From positions 76,694,001-76,758,000 of the forward strand of contig OZ024745.1 of assembly GCA_964016885.1 (NCBI GenBank): a stretch of DNA of 64,000 bases, read 5' to 3'. Source of the stretch: Eledone cirrhosa (Eukaryota). Below the pieces are notes generated by a model. That model was not told the origin of the DNA. It worked only from the letters and a program-made list of their open reading frames with translations, and did not search any database. Positions within the stretch are counted from its first letter, which is position 1. Each line of letters starts with the position of its first letter. Shown here piece by piece: positions 25,886 to 38,280 of this stretch. A program made the position numbers and the translations under genes.

Positions 25886-27763
25886 CTACCTTTCCGCTTC
25901 CCGGGGTTCGGGTTGCACGACTTCCATGGGGTCGGGGTTGTTGGGTGAAGGGGTGTCTTGTGGTGGTGTGGGGTCGTCGGTGTGTGGTGGGGTTGGGGTG
26001 TTTGGAGTTGTGTTGGGGAGGGGAAGGGGAGGGGGAAAGCTTTTTAGTAGGACGCGGTTTATGGGTTTGACAGAGGGTGGTCCTACGTCCTCCTTAAAAT
26101 CCTTTTTTAGTTTTTGGTAGAGGTTCATTGGGATTTTTATTAGTTTTAAATGTGGGTGGTTTTCTGATGAAACAAAGTTTACACCTTCGGTTTGTACCGA
26201 AGGATTATTGTATATGAGTTCATTTAATTTATTATTGTTTCTGTTGATGTAAGTATAGTGTAATGTCTTTTTTTCCGATGGTGTGAGTGTTTCGAAGAGG
26301 GGAGGGGCAGGTTTGGTTTTGTTTGTTGCTGGAGGGGTGTTTTCTGTTTTGTTAGATTGTGTTGCGATTTGGGTGGGGGTTGTTTGTCCTTGTGTGTTTT
26401 GCACATGTTTTCTTTTTTTCCTTTTAATCTGTCTGAAGGACTCCGTTTCTTCCTCCGAATTCGTTGGGTTATCTTCAGTGTTGGAGGGAAGAGGTATGTT
26501 TGCTGGTAATGTTTCCGTGTTGGTTTTCTTTGTGGGGGAGATGGATGTCACTATGTTAGACTGTGTTGTGTGTTGTGTCTGCGGTGGTTGTGTTGTTTTA
26601 TTGAGTGAGAGGTTGGGTGGGCCTGTATTTTGTTTTGGGGTAATGTGTTGTGACTGTTTGTGTTGTGGTGGTGTTGTGGTGTTACTGAGGGACGGGTTGG
26701 GTGGGACTGAGTTTTGTTGTTTGTTTATCTGTTGTGGTGGTGGTGGTGGAGCTGGTGTTGGTAGCAGGGTTTTCTTTTTGTTGAGTTGGGGACAAGCGGC
26801 CTTCAGGTGCCCTCTGCCTGCACAGATATGGCAGGACGGCCTTCTCCCCTCCACGCTAATGTTTATATACCCGTGGTCCTCTAATAGGATTCTGTCGGGT
26901 ATTTGGGCGATGCGTTCAGGCTTCATTTGTACTACCAGCTCTATACCTGTTCCACTGAACGCATTGCCTGTGGTTTTCCCAATGGAAATCACGTTGTCAT
27001 TCACTGGATCGATGAAGCCAGCTATGAGCCAGCAGTAGTCCACATCTGGCATCATTGCATCCAGCCATATGCGTTGAGTTTTTTTTCCCATATAAGATGG
27101 ATAAAAGGTGAAATTTTTCGAACGAATCGGTGACAAAGCACATTTTTTTGCCGCCGATTCGTTCTTCATGATGATTGCTAGGCTTCCATACAGTCTGTCT
27201 TTTCTTATGAAAGTTGTTTCATTCAGTACTTCTGCGAGTACTGTTTTGATATCTGCTTGAGAAGGCTGTTCAGGTTTTTTTGTACTGTTGTTGATGGTCC
27301 GAAACTTGACCGTTCGGCTTTCAATGTCTTTCGTGAATTCTTGAGGCATTTTTACCAATAAAATACCATTCTCACCTTCACTTATGTATTGTTTTGCGTC
27401 CGTGATCCTTCGTACCACATCTGAAATGTTTTCCGCTATATAAGTCAAAGATTTCTTTGTTTTCTGTGCAAATGAAATCTTGTCGTCTGCTTTGTTTTCT
27501 GATATGATGTTATTTTCAACTGTTATTTTTTTGTTTGTTGTGTCTTTGTTTGTGTTATTAGTATTGTCATGCAATTTTTCAAATTTTTTTTTCCCGTTGT
27601 TTTCGTCATTTAATTTTTCCTCCGCAGATTCGTCCGTTTTTATTTTCATTTTTCCTTCCTTCTCTATGACGTTAGTTGGGAAGGAAGGGAGGACTAAAGC
27701 GTGCGAGCTTACAACTCTTACCGCTGTCCCCCCACCACTATTTTCGTTCGCTGCGTTTAACAT
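25886..27763 (-). CDS. Tx1-like ORF1 (gag-like RNA-binding protein with one CCHC zinc knuckle and a Pro/Thr-rich region)
   Basis: VEGRRPSCHICAGRGHLKAAC fits C-x2-C-x4-H-x4-C. It lies directly upstream of ORF2. Confidence 0.88.
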   Translation of the reverse strand: MLNAANENSGGGTAVRVVSSHALVLPSFPTNVIEKEGKMKIKTDESAEEKLNDENNGKKKFEKLHDNTNNTNKDTTNKKITVENNIISENKADDKISFAQKTKKSLTYIAENISDVVRRITDAKQYISEGENGILLVKMPQEFTKDIESRTVKFRTINNSTKKPEQPSQADIKTVLAEVLNETTFIRKDRLYGSLAIIMKNESAAKKCALSPIRSKNFTFYPSYMGKKTQRIWLDAMMPDVDYCWLIAGFIDPVNDNVISIGKTTGNAFSGTGIELVVQMKPERIAQIPDRILLEDHGYINISVEGRRPSCHICAGRGHLKAACPQLNKKKTLLPTPAPPPPPQQINKQQNSVPPNPSLSNTTTPPQHKQSQHITPKQNTGPPNLSLNKTTQPPQTQHTTQSNIVTSISPTKKTNTETLPANIPLPSNTEDNPTNSEEETESFRQIKRKKRKHVQNTQGQTTPTQIATQSNKTENTPPATNKTKPAPPLFETLTPSEKKTLHYTYINRNNNKLNELIYNNPSVQTEGVNFVSSENHPHLKLIKIPMNLYQKLKKDFKEDVGPPSVKPINRVLLKSFPPPLPLPNTTPNTPTPPHTDDPTPPQDTPSPNNPDPMEVVQPEPREAER

Positions 27764-27995
27764 TTCTGTTAGACGATTGAAATTTTTTACACAAAATTTT
27801 TTTTAAAACAGGTTATTTCACCTCTAGGAGGGGTAAAGATGAGCTGACCCACCGCCTGACAGTTCAGACGGAGGGTCAAGCTACACAATTGTATCAAAAT
27901 TAAGTTTGAACTCACAAAATTTCCTCAATAAATTTGAACAAAACTTCTGTGCGAAGTGAATGACATCCACACTGTAGAACAGACGACAGCTAGAT

Positions 27996-28037
<42 letters not shown>

Positions 28038-28080
28038 GAGCGAGAGAGAGAGAGGTGGGTAGATAGATAGATAGATAGAT

Positions 28081-31000
28081 TGATTTATTATTAGCCACAA
28101 GGGCGCACAAGAAAGGGAGACAAAACAAAGACATGCCGGGGATTTTACATACAATCGTGTAAAAAAAAAATAAAACAAACAATTATAACAATCGAAATCC
28201 CCAATAGGGGGGAGGCACCACAAATGGGTTGTTTAATACCCCGTCGATAGAACAACCCTCAACTTCAGGAGCGTGTTGTACAAGTGATCCTTTCTTCCTT
28301 TTGCTCTCTTCTTTAACCTACAGGCTATAAACAGAGAAGGCCCAATCACTCGGCCATTTTCGCTTCATTCACCCACCTTTCAGTAAATTTACTGGAGTGC
28401 AGTGCCTCTCTCTCCACTCTGATTCTCCTTCTAAAGTGATACTTAAAGAAGAGAATCAATTGTTGTCCGGAGAGAAAGGCATCTGTCCTCAGTCCTCTCA
28501 ATCTCGTCCACCATATAACCTCTTTCACCATAGCCACTGTACAGAGGAAAACCGCCTCTCTTTCATTTTTGAAAGAGGCTGGCGGTTTGATCCTTACTAT
28601 GGACTAGGCAGTCAACTGGATTTGTCCCATACGCGACAGCAGTTGTTCTGCATAGTTCCACAGCTCGGTTACGCCCGGGCAGTGTACAATTGCGTGCAAG
28701 ACGGTTTTAATGTCCTGCTCGCATCTTGGACACGTCCTCTTGGAAAGATCCCTGCCGGGGCGTCCGTGCCTGCAGATCTTGTCTCGAACGGGCAGAGTTC
28801 CTCGGTAGCACTGCCAGGCCAGAGACCTCTGGAAGTTGTCCATAGGTCCCGGGCGGAAAGTCCTACAGAACAGACTGGTGAGCTCATCGTCTTCGACGCC
28901 CAGAGTCTCTCCGAGCACGTCGTCGCTCTTGTAACGTACAATCCCTCTATAGAATGCTGAAGTGGAGTCTCCACTGATTGCTGTGCCCGCTTGACAGAGG
29001 ACAGTGAACGCCTGGGCGCATTCAATGTGCCAGGCGCCCATCTTCTTCGTTCTTCGCTTGACAGAGGACAGTGAACGCCTGGGCGCATTCAATGTGCCAG
29101 GCGCCCATCTTCTTCGTTCTTCGCTTGACCCAGGACTGCAGCTCCGTCAGCGAGACAAGTTGTGGGAAGGCCTGTCTCACAAATGGTGCCCACACCGGTT
29201 GGTCGGTGAGGAATACCTGGAGATGCTGTAGCTTCAGCGCATGTTTGCGCATCATTAGCCAGGGCATGCCCAGCCCTCCGTTGGAAGGGTGTTGACAGCA
29301 GAGGCATCTCCTCACCAGTGGAGCCTGCTTCTTCCACAGGAACTGGAAAAGCATTCGTTCCATCTTGGTGAGGTATTCACGGGGACAAGGCACGACAGTC
29401 AAGCGGTAGTAGATGACGGACGCTATGAAAGTGTTCACCACCTCCGCTCGACCTTTCAAAGACAGTTTGCACTCTGCCCACTCTGGGTGAGCACAAATAC
29501 CTTGGCCATGACCTCGTTCCAGTTTTTCTCCACCTGGAGGTCTGGACCGAACCAGACCCCGAGCAATTTCACCGGTCCTTCCGTCCAGCGTCCAACGACG
29601 CTGTCGGAGGGCATCGGTTTGCCTCTCCACGTTCCGAGTTGCAAACCGACAGACTTGTCCGGGTTCAGTTTTGCTCCTGTGAACCTTTCGTATTCCTGTA
29701 GTAGGTTGCCAATTACCTCGATTTCCGAGGTTTTCGACACCATTACTGTCACGTCATCGGCATAAACCGACGCCGCTTTTCGCAGTCCCTAAAGGGATGC
29801 CCTGCAAAAGCTCCAACTTCCTCAGTAGTGGCTCTAGGGTCAATACGTACAGAATGGAGGAGAGAGGGCATCCCTGTCGAATGGAACGCATTATTGCGAA
29901 CGGCTCTGATAGGTAGCCGTTCACCTTGACCTTCGAGCAGAAGCTGGTGAACATCGCCTTGATCCAGCCTCTGAAAACGGGACCGAAACCGGCCGCCTTG
30001 AGAACCGCTTCCAAATATCAATGGTCGACCCTATCGAATGCCTTAGACTGATCTAAATTGATCAGAGCCCCACCGAAGCCGGGTTTACACCCCATCCGCT
30101 CTATAATGTATCGCACGAGGTGGAGGTTGTCGTGTATGGACCTGGTCGGGATTGCACACGTTTGCGCTTTCCCTACCAGGTTTTCGACGACAAGCGCCAG
30201 CCTCGTTACTGGCACCTTGGCCAAAACTTTTAACTCTGTGTTGAGCAGAGTTATGGGCCTGAAATTGTTTATTTCGTCCCCTTGTTCTCGTCTTTCCTGA
30301 TCAGCGTTACTACGCCCTTGCCTGCAGAACTGGGAATTGTCCCGTATCTCAGTGGCTGTGATCGGTCTTTCGCAGAACTCGGCGTCCATGCTCGGGAGAC
30401 GCGGCAGGGCGTCGAGATATGAACCAAAGTCCATTTCCCCGTTCGGTGCACCGTCGTTCTGCTCAAACAGTTGCGCAAAGTGCCACTGAAAGGCCGCGCA
30501 CATCTGCCTGGGGTCAAGTAGCACGCGTCCGTTTTGGTCTTTCAAAGACCGAATCGTGGACTTGTTGCCACTTTTCGCTTCCGCCACTCGGGCCTAGCTA
30601 ACAGCTTTTGCTCCATCGTTTCCTAGAGCACGTGATTTACATCTGACCACGCAGCCTTCGTGTTTCGCGTCCAAGAACTGGTCCAGTGCCGTTCTCGATG
30701 CTAACACTCTAGCTGCGTTGCCACTCCTAAGCGCCTCTTCTACCTTGGCTACTAGTTCTGTTTCTGATTTGTTTTTCTCTAAAGCTAATTCTCTGCTAAA
30801 CCCTATCGATTCTACTCTAAATGCTCTCTTGAGAGAGTACCACCATCTATTGTTGACGATGGCTCCCGTCAACTCTTGCTTAACTAATCTACTTATCCGT
30901 TCACTATAGGCTTTTCGTGCCGGCAACGACACGTTCAGCTTCCAGTATCCGGGTCCTTGTTTATGTATTCTATCACGGCTGACTATGCAGACGACTAGTT

Positions 31001-32849
31001 TGTGATCTGAATAGGCAACCATGTGCATTTGTGGACAGCTTAACATCTTGTCCTTCTCTCTAATGGAAACCCTATCTAGATACGATCTAGATGTCCCGCT
31101 GCGGTTTGCCCACGTCCACTGTGGTGCAGTCGGGAAATCTAGTCGATATCTATCGGCCAGTTGGAATTGGCCATTTAGATTTTTGAGGCTGTTGCACCCC
31201 GCTCTACTGGGACATGCTCCCACATAGTCCCATCTTGCATATAGGATAACATTCGGGTCCCCCACTAAAAGCAAGGAGTGAGACCTTCCCAGAAAAGACT
31301 CTAGCCGCTTAAAGAAATCTGGCCGCGATTGTGATTGCCCGGTCGGGGCATAAACGGCCACCAGTCTGAAGGCTCCACCTCCGATACTGTTCACGTCTAG
31401 GACTACCAGTCTACCCTCCGGGTCCAAGTGTACTTGCTGTACTCCGACGTTCAGGTTCTTCCGAAACATAACAGCCACTCCACCTTCACCTCCCGGCTGA
31501 CAGAGAGATGCGTAGTCATTGAAGATGGGGGTTAGTTACTGCCTGTTGTGGATCGTGGACTCGGTGATGGCTATTACATCTATACCGTGTGACCTAAGGT
31601 CGTTTAAAAGTTGGCCCTGTTTCCAGGGCATCCCTACGCACGCACATTCACGCTTCCAACTCGTAAGTCAGCCATGTTGGTGGAGAAGAGTTGGCGAAAA
31701 GGACGAAAGGTGCTCTTACCTTTTCGTTTCCTGGAGATCGGGTTGTTTAATCTCTATTTCAGTTCTTGTGGGGTGGGGAAACATTTCAACAGGACATGGT
31801 TTATTGGTTTTTGGCAGGGGTTGCCAACGTCCTGTGAAAACTGTTCTTTCAATTTCTGATAGGTTTCTATCGAAACCCTTATTAGTTTTAGGTGTGGTTG
31901 AGAGTCTGCTTTGACAAAAAATTCCCCCTCAGTTTCCACTTTGGGGTCCTGTGAGATGACCTCAATCAAATTTTTGTTGTTGGTGTTGATGTATGTATAT
32001 TGTTGTTTTTGTTTTGGTTGTGTTGTTTTAGTTTGTTGTTCGTCTGCGAGTTTTCATTTTTGTGTTTGGGGTGGTGTTGGTGTTTGTTTTGTTGGTAGGG
32101 AGGTTTGGTTGTGGTGTTGTTTGTGTTGTTGTTTGTGTCTGTGGTTGTGTGTTGGTGTTGGTGATTGGAGTTTTGTGGTGTCTCTTTTTTTGTTTTGGGG
32201 ATTTCCGAGGCTCTTCTTCTTCTTCACTTAAAGAAGGAGGAGCAGCCTCATCTGTTGAATAATCATCATCAGGAGTGTCGGGTAGGGGTATGTTGTGTGG
32301 TGATGGTGTTTCGGTGTGTATGTTTGTGGTAGTGTTGGATTGAGTGGGGTGGGGTGGGGTGGGGCTGTGTTCTTCAGGGTTGCTGTCTGTGTTTTTACTG
32401 TAGTTTGTGGTTGAGTGGTTGTTTGTTTGGGTGTGTTTGCTTGTTTTGTGTGTTGTTGTTGTTGTGGTGGTGGTGGTGATTGTTTTGGTGTTGGTGTTGG
32501 TAAAAGTACTTTTCAAAAAAATTTGTTTGTAAAGGGCAGGAGGCTTTTAGGTGTGATGTGCCTTGCACATCAAAAACAGTGTGGCTTTCTAGTTTCAGTT
32601 ACAATGTTAATGTAGTATTGGTTGTTGACCAACACTCTTTCGGGGATTTTGGAAATTCTTTCTGGTTTCATTTGTATCAGAATTTCCAAATTTGTCCCTG
32701 CCCACCCTTGTCTGGTCGATTTCCTGACCGAAAGATTTGTGTCACTTTCTGGCTCTATGAACCCTGCTAAGATCCACCAAATGTTGATGTTTGGTGGTAT
32801 GTTATTTATTTAATTTTTGTGTTCTTTTTCCCATGTAAGTAGGGAAAAG
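28081..32849 (-). mobile_element. Tx1-like copy B, 5'-truncated in ORF1, with frameshifts, deletions and a 67-bp internal duplication
   Basis: Fragmented ORFs 28346-31478 align by eye with copy A ORF2. ORF1 remnants lie at 31716-32849. gatagatagatag marks the truncation junction (32850-32862). Confidence 0.9.
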
Positions 32850-33680
32850 GATAGATAGATAGTATTCAATGTAGCTATATTTTTTATGATTTAGTTTGAA
32901 TGTGTCCATTGCTCATGCAGTGCTGTGACAGTGGTTAGATTGATGCGGCTGAGGTTCCGATTCAAAATTTATCTTTATGTCTACTAATAAAAAATATGAA
33001 TAGCATGGGATTTCCAAGCTGTTACTCAAACTGGAGGATAAGTAATTGTTTCTACTTTTGGCACAAGGCCAGCAATTACCCAGTGCATTACTGGTAAGGA
33101 TAAGTAATGAGCACTGGGGTTAGTCTGGTGCCTGTAGAGAGAAATATGGTATGAATTACAACAGGAGAGAATGAAAATACGCCATGCTGGCTTGACTAAC
33201 GTTATGACAACGATAGAAAGAGAATACTGAGAGGATGTCGTATCTGTGAGCCAGGGGTTGAACTGCGAGAGAGTTTATAATTATCTGGGTGAGTTGCTTT
33301 TAGAAGGACTCATAAATAAATGTATGTGTAACAGCAACATTGTCCTAAATCTAGGTGTTATCTGGTCTCGACGGGGAAAGATAATCATTAACATGAAGTT
33401 TTTGTTATGTTATGATGTTATGAATGCGAGAGTGGCAGGTTAGATTCTCAGAGATGCTAATACTTTATATATATATATATAAAAAGCAAAAGGGATATTT
33501 AATTTGTTGGTAATTCAACAAATATATATGTTTATAACTGATTCGAAGCACTCAACGGATTTTCTGGAGTATAATATTCAATGATATTAAATAAATGGAA
33601 ATTATATTTCCTATCCAGGAAAAACTTGAACTGTTAAGATTTTCTTCCTGGATATGTCAATATTTATAAAACAAACTTTG

Positions 33681-33741
33681 TATTTTATCTGATGAGAGCA
33701 TACCAAAGTTTTGGTACCCTTGAAATATATATAATAGAATA
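33681..33741 (+). ncRNA. Type I hammerhead ribozyme motif (Penelope-type, palindromic helix III)
   Basis: TATTTTAT-CTGATGA-[GAG..TACCAA agtt TTGGTA..CTT]-GAAA-TATATA-TA-ATAGAATA. Helix I is 8 bp with one G-U pair and the core is intact. Confidence 0.75.
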
Positions 33742-33780
33742 AATATGATTTTATAAATATAATTTCCATTTATTTAATAT

Positions 33781-33827
<47 letters not shown>

Positions 33828-34288
33828 TGGATGAATACCTCAACAGGTACTATGTACTTGTAGAAATATGCAAGTTGTTTATAATATTTGTGGTTCAATG
33901 GTACTAATTCGAGACACCAGAACAATATAAAAAGTAGCGGAGCAAGCGGTTATCAAACAATTCTCTAAATAAATTAAAAAATGACAGGTCATTTACATAA
34001 TTATTTCTACTTTAGGCACAAGGCCAACAATTACCAGTATATTACTAGTACTTTATTTTATCGACCCCGTAAGGATGAAAGGCAAAGTTAACCTCGGCGG
34101 GATTTGAACTCAGAATGGCAAGGGCCGTAACTCTATGCGTCAAAGCAAGGCGTCCGACCCTCTACCAATACTGCCAATCCACCGACCTGTTCTGTTGCTG
34201 TTACCGACGGTTTCATCATTCCAAAAGATTGGAAATCCAGAGAATTTCCAATGGAAAGAAATTAATCTTCAGACAGCCTATTTCCACA

Positions 34289-35020
<732 letters not shown>

Positions 35021-35186
35021 TTGTTTCGACACACGATTTCAAATCAAAAACTTCGCAAAACAAATATATATATAATAATAATAATAAATGTGAAGACTAA
35101 AAGCCAAAGAGAGCTCGATAAGGATAATATATATATAAATACATATAAAAACCGTAGAACAAATATTTATTCAAATAACAGATTAA

Positions 35187-35237
35187 AGTTTAAGCAAAGA
35201 ATCGCTGCTTTCACCCTTAACGGGATCTTCCGAAACT
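35187..35237 (-). ncRNA. Degenerate type I hammerhead motif
   Basis: Minus strand reads AGTTT-CGGAAGA-TCCC gttaa GGGT-GAAA-GCA...TGC-TT-AAACT. Helices I-III form, but core U4 is replaced by G. A partial copy lies at about 45340-45388. Confidence 0.55.
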
Positions 35238-35384
35238 AAAAAGAGATTGATTTTTTTTTTTCGTTTCAGAAGACACCGTTTTGGGTGAACTTTGCTTAGG
35301 GGGAGTTTGGTGGTAATTGATATAGAGAGGAAGGTTGGCAGAGTGTGTTGTATATTAGATATAAATTTCTATTTATTTGCCACC

Positions 35385-37532
35385 AGGGCATCAAAGATTG
35401 GGACAAATACAAAAGGGGGAGTTTACATACATTTAAAAAGACGTGTAAAAAACATATAACAAATTAAATTTAACAATCGATGTCCTTAATAGGGAGGGGC
35501 GTTGACATGGGTCGCCCCCTCCCCCCGAAAAAATGTGCAACCCTCCTCACAAAGAGCGGGTGCTTCCTTCCTCTTCTCATTCTTCTCCTCTCTCACCTAC
35601 AGGCTGATATAGAGAGAGGGCCCATTCACTCGGGCCATTCTCGTTACTTTCAACCACCTTTCATAAAACTTGCTGGGGTAGAGCACCTCTCTCTCCATTC
35701 TAATCCTTCTTCTAAAGTGGTACTTGAAAAAAAGGACCAGTTGTTGGCCGGAGAGAAAGGTGTCTGACCTCAGCCCTTTCAACCTTGTCCACCATACAAC
35801 TTCTTTCGCCATGGCTATCACACAGAGGAAAACCGCCTCTCCTTCGTTTTTGAAAGGGGGAGGCGGTTTGATCGTGACAATGTTCTCGGTGGTCAACCGG
35901 ATTGGTCCCACCCGCGACAGTAGTCGTTCCACATAGCCCCACAGGTCAGCAACGCCCGGGCAGTGTACGAATGCGTGTGCGACGGTTTCTTCGTCACGTA
36001 CGCATCTCGGACAGATCTTCTTCGAGGGGTCCCTACCCGGGCGCCCGTGTCTGTAGAGCTTGTCCCGAACGGGTAGAGCTCCTCAGTAACATTGCCAAGC
36101 TAGGGACTTTTGGAAGTTGTCCATCGGTCCTGGGCCAAACGTCCTACCGAACAGACTGGCCAGCTCATCTTCCTCCATGCCCAGAGCCTCTCCGAGAGCG
36201 TCGTCGCACTTACTGCGCACCAACCCTCTATAGAATGTTGAGGTTGAGTCTCCACTGATTGCCGGATCCGCTTGCCAGAGGGCCGTGAGCGCCTGGGCAC
36301 ATTCAATGTGCCAGACGCCCACTTTTCTCGGTCTTTGCTTGACCCAGGATTGCAGCTCGGTGAGTGAGCCGAGTCTCGGAAAGGCTCGCCTCACAAACAG
36401 GGCCCACACCGGCTGACCGGTGAGGAATACCTGGAGGTGCCGTAGCCTTAATGCGTGTCTACGCATCTTCAGCCACGGCACCACCAGCCCTCCGTTCGAA
36501 GGGTGTTGACAGCAGATGGATCTTCTCACCAAAGGAGCCCGCTTCTTCCAAAGAAATCGGAAGAGCGCGCGCTCCATTTTGGCGAGTGTTTTCTCTGGGC
36601 AAGGCACGACGGTCAAGCGGTAGTAGATGACGGACGCTATATAAGCGTTCGCCACCTCCGCTCGACCTTTCAGGAATAGTTTGCAATCGGCCCACTTCTG
36701 TGCGAGTGCAAACACCTTGCCCGTTACCTCGTCCCAGTTTTTCTCCACCTGGAGGTCCGGTCCGAACCAGACCCCGAGCAGCTTCACCGGTCCTTCCGTC
36801 CAGCGTCCGACGATGCCGTCGGAGGGCATCGTTTTGCCCCTCCACGTCCCGAGTTGCAAACTGACGGACTTGTCCCGGTTCAGCTTGGCTCCTATGAACC
36901 TTTCATATTCCTCCAGTAAGGTGCCGATCTGCCCGATTTCCGAGGCGCACGACACCATTACTGTCACGTCATCGGCGTAGACCGACACCGCTTCCGTAGT
37001 AGTGGCTCGAGAGCCAGCACATACAGGAGGGAGGAGAGAGGGCATCCCTGTCGGATGGATCGCGTGATTTGGAACGGCTCCGAGAAGTAGCCGTTCACCT
37101 TGACCCTCGAGCAGGTGTTGCACCTGTGCATTGCAGCAATCCAGCCTCTGAAAACGGGTCCGAAGCCTGCCGCCGCGAGCACCGCATCCAGGTACCGATG
37201 GTCAACTCTATTGAACGTCTTAGATTGATCCAATGTGATCAGGGCCCCACCAAAGCCGAGTTCGTTCCCTACCCTCTCTACGATATATCGCATGAGGTGG
37301 AGGTTGTCGTGTATGGACCTGGACGGGATTGCGCATGTCTGCGCTTCTCCCACCAGGTTCCCGACGACAAGCGCCAACCTCTTCGCTAACACCTTGGCCA
37401 AAATCTTTAACTCTGTGTTTAGCAGAATTATGGGCCTGAAGTTATCTATGTCATCCCCCTTGTTCTCGTCCTTCCTCACCAGCGTGACTACGCCCTTGAT
37501 CACAGAACTGGGAATTCTCCCGTTCTGTTGCT
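35385..37532 (-). mobile_element. Tx1-like copy C, 5'-truncated within RT
   Basis: ORFs 36964-37503, 36083-37123 and 35597-35932 are homologous to the C-terminal half of copy A ORF2. The 3'UTR resembles that of copy A. Confidence 0.92.
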
Positions 37533-37890
37533 GGTGTTATTGATATAGAAAGGGGTATTGAAAGAGAGTTCCGTGTATTAGATATAGAGATGGGGAGAAT
37601 TTGGTGTTAATTGATATAGAGAGGGGGATTGGAAGAGAGTACGGTGTAGTAGATATAGAGAGTGTGAGAGTTTAGCGGTGAGTGATATACAGAGAGGGAT
37701 TGGGAGAGGTAAGTATAGATATTTATAGGGAGTGAGAGAGTGTATTAGTCTTAGATATAGAGAGTGGAATAAGAGAGGCGGTGTCGTGGTAGATTTAGAG
37801 AGGGGTAGAGTTTGGTTTTAGTAGATACAGAGAAGGGGATTAAAAGAGAGTTTTGTGTGGTAGACATAGAGAGGAAGAGAGTTTGATGGC
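37533..37890. repeat. Degenerate ~30-bp minisatellite with GATATAGAGAG core, continuing at 35300-35384 on the other side of copy C
   Basis: Repeated (t/a)gatatagag(a/g)gggg motifs on both sides of copy C. Confidence 0.65.
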
Positions 37891-38280
37891 ACTCTCGGGT
37901 CCCAAATAAAAAGAGGGGTGGCAATAATGGGGGCTGGGGGGCTTGGGAAATATGGGATTTCTTGTAATGTTCTTCTTTTGTCACATACAATGTTTTTTTA
38001 ATGTAAAATAAATGTAAAATGATTATTAGATTCTCCAGCTGCTGTATGAATCACTGAGAATAACATTTCTCGGGGCATAGAGTAGCAAAATTTAATAAGC
38101 GGGTAGTGGTGGTGGTGGGTGGGGGGGGGGGGGGGGGGATAGAATAAAACAGGGGGTGGGGCGTGGAAAAAATCTGACAAATTAATAAGCGAAAGGTGGG
38201 GCGATTATTCAAGACCTGAGAGTACGAGAATTATCGACGGACATAAGAATGAATACTCAATACCACAGTAGAGTTTAAAT

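Larger units (their letters stand above)
22201..27990 (-). mobile_element. Full-length Tx1-like (L1 superfamily) non-LTR retrotransposon, copy A, both ORFs intact
   Basis: Contains a 5'UTR, ORF1 (625 aa), ORF2 (1145 aa) and a 3'UTR ending AATAAAGAAATC. (TATC)n flanks both ends (22157-22200 and 27993-28080). Confidence 0.93.

Noticed and set aside
26283-27038. Long antisense ORFs over the retroelements (e.g. 26283-27038, 58747-59388, 53574-54143)
   Set aside because: They are shadow frames of low-complexity or GC-rich coding sequence with no recognisable motifs.
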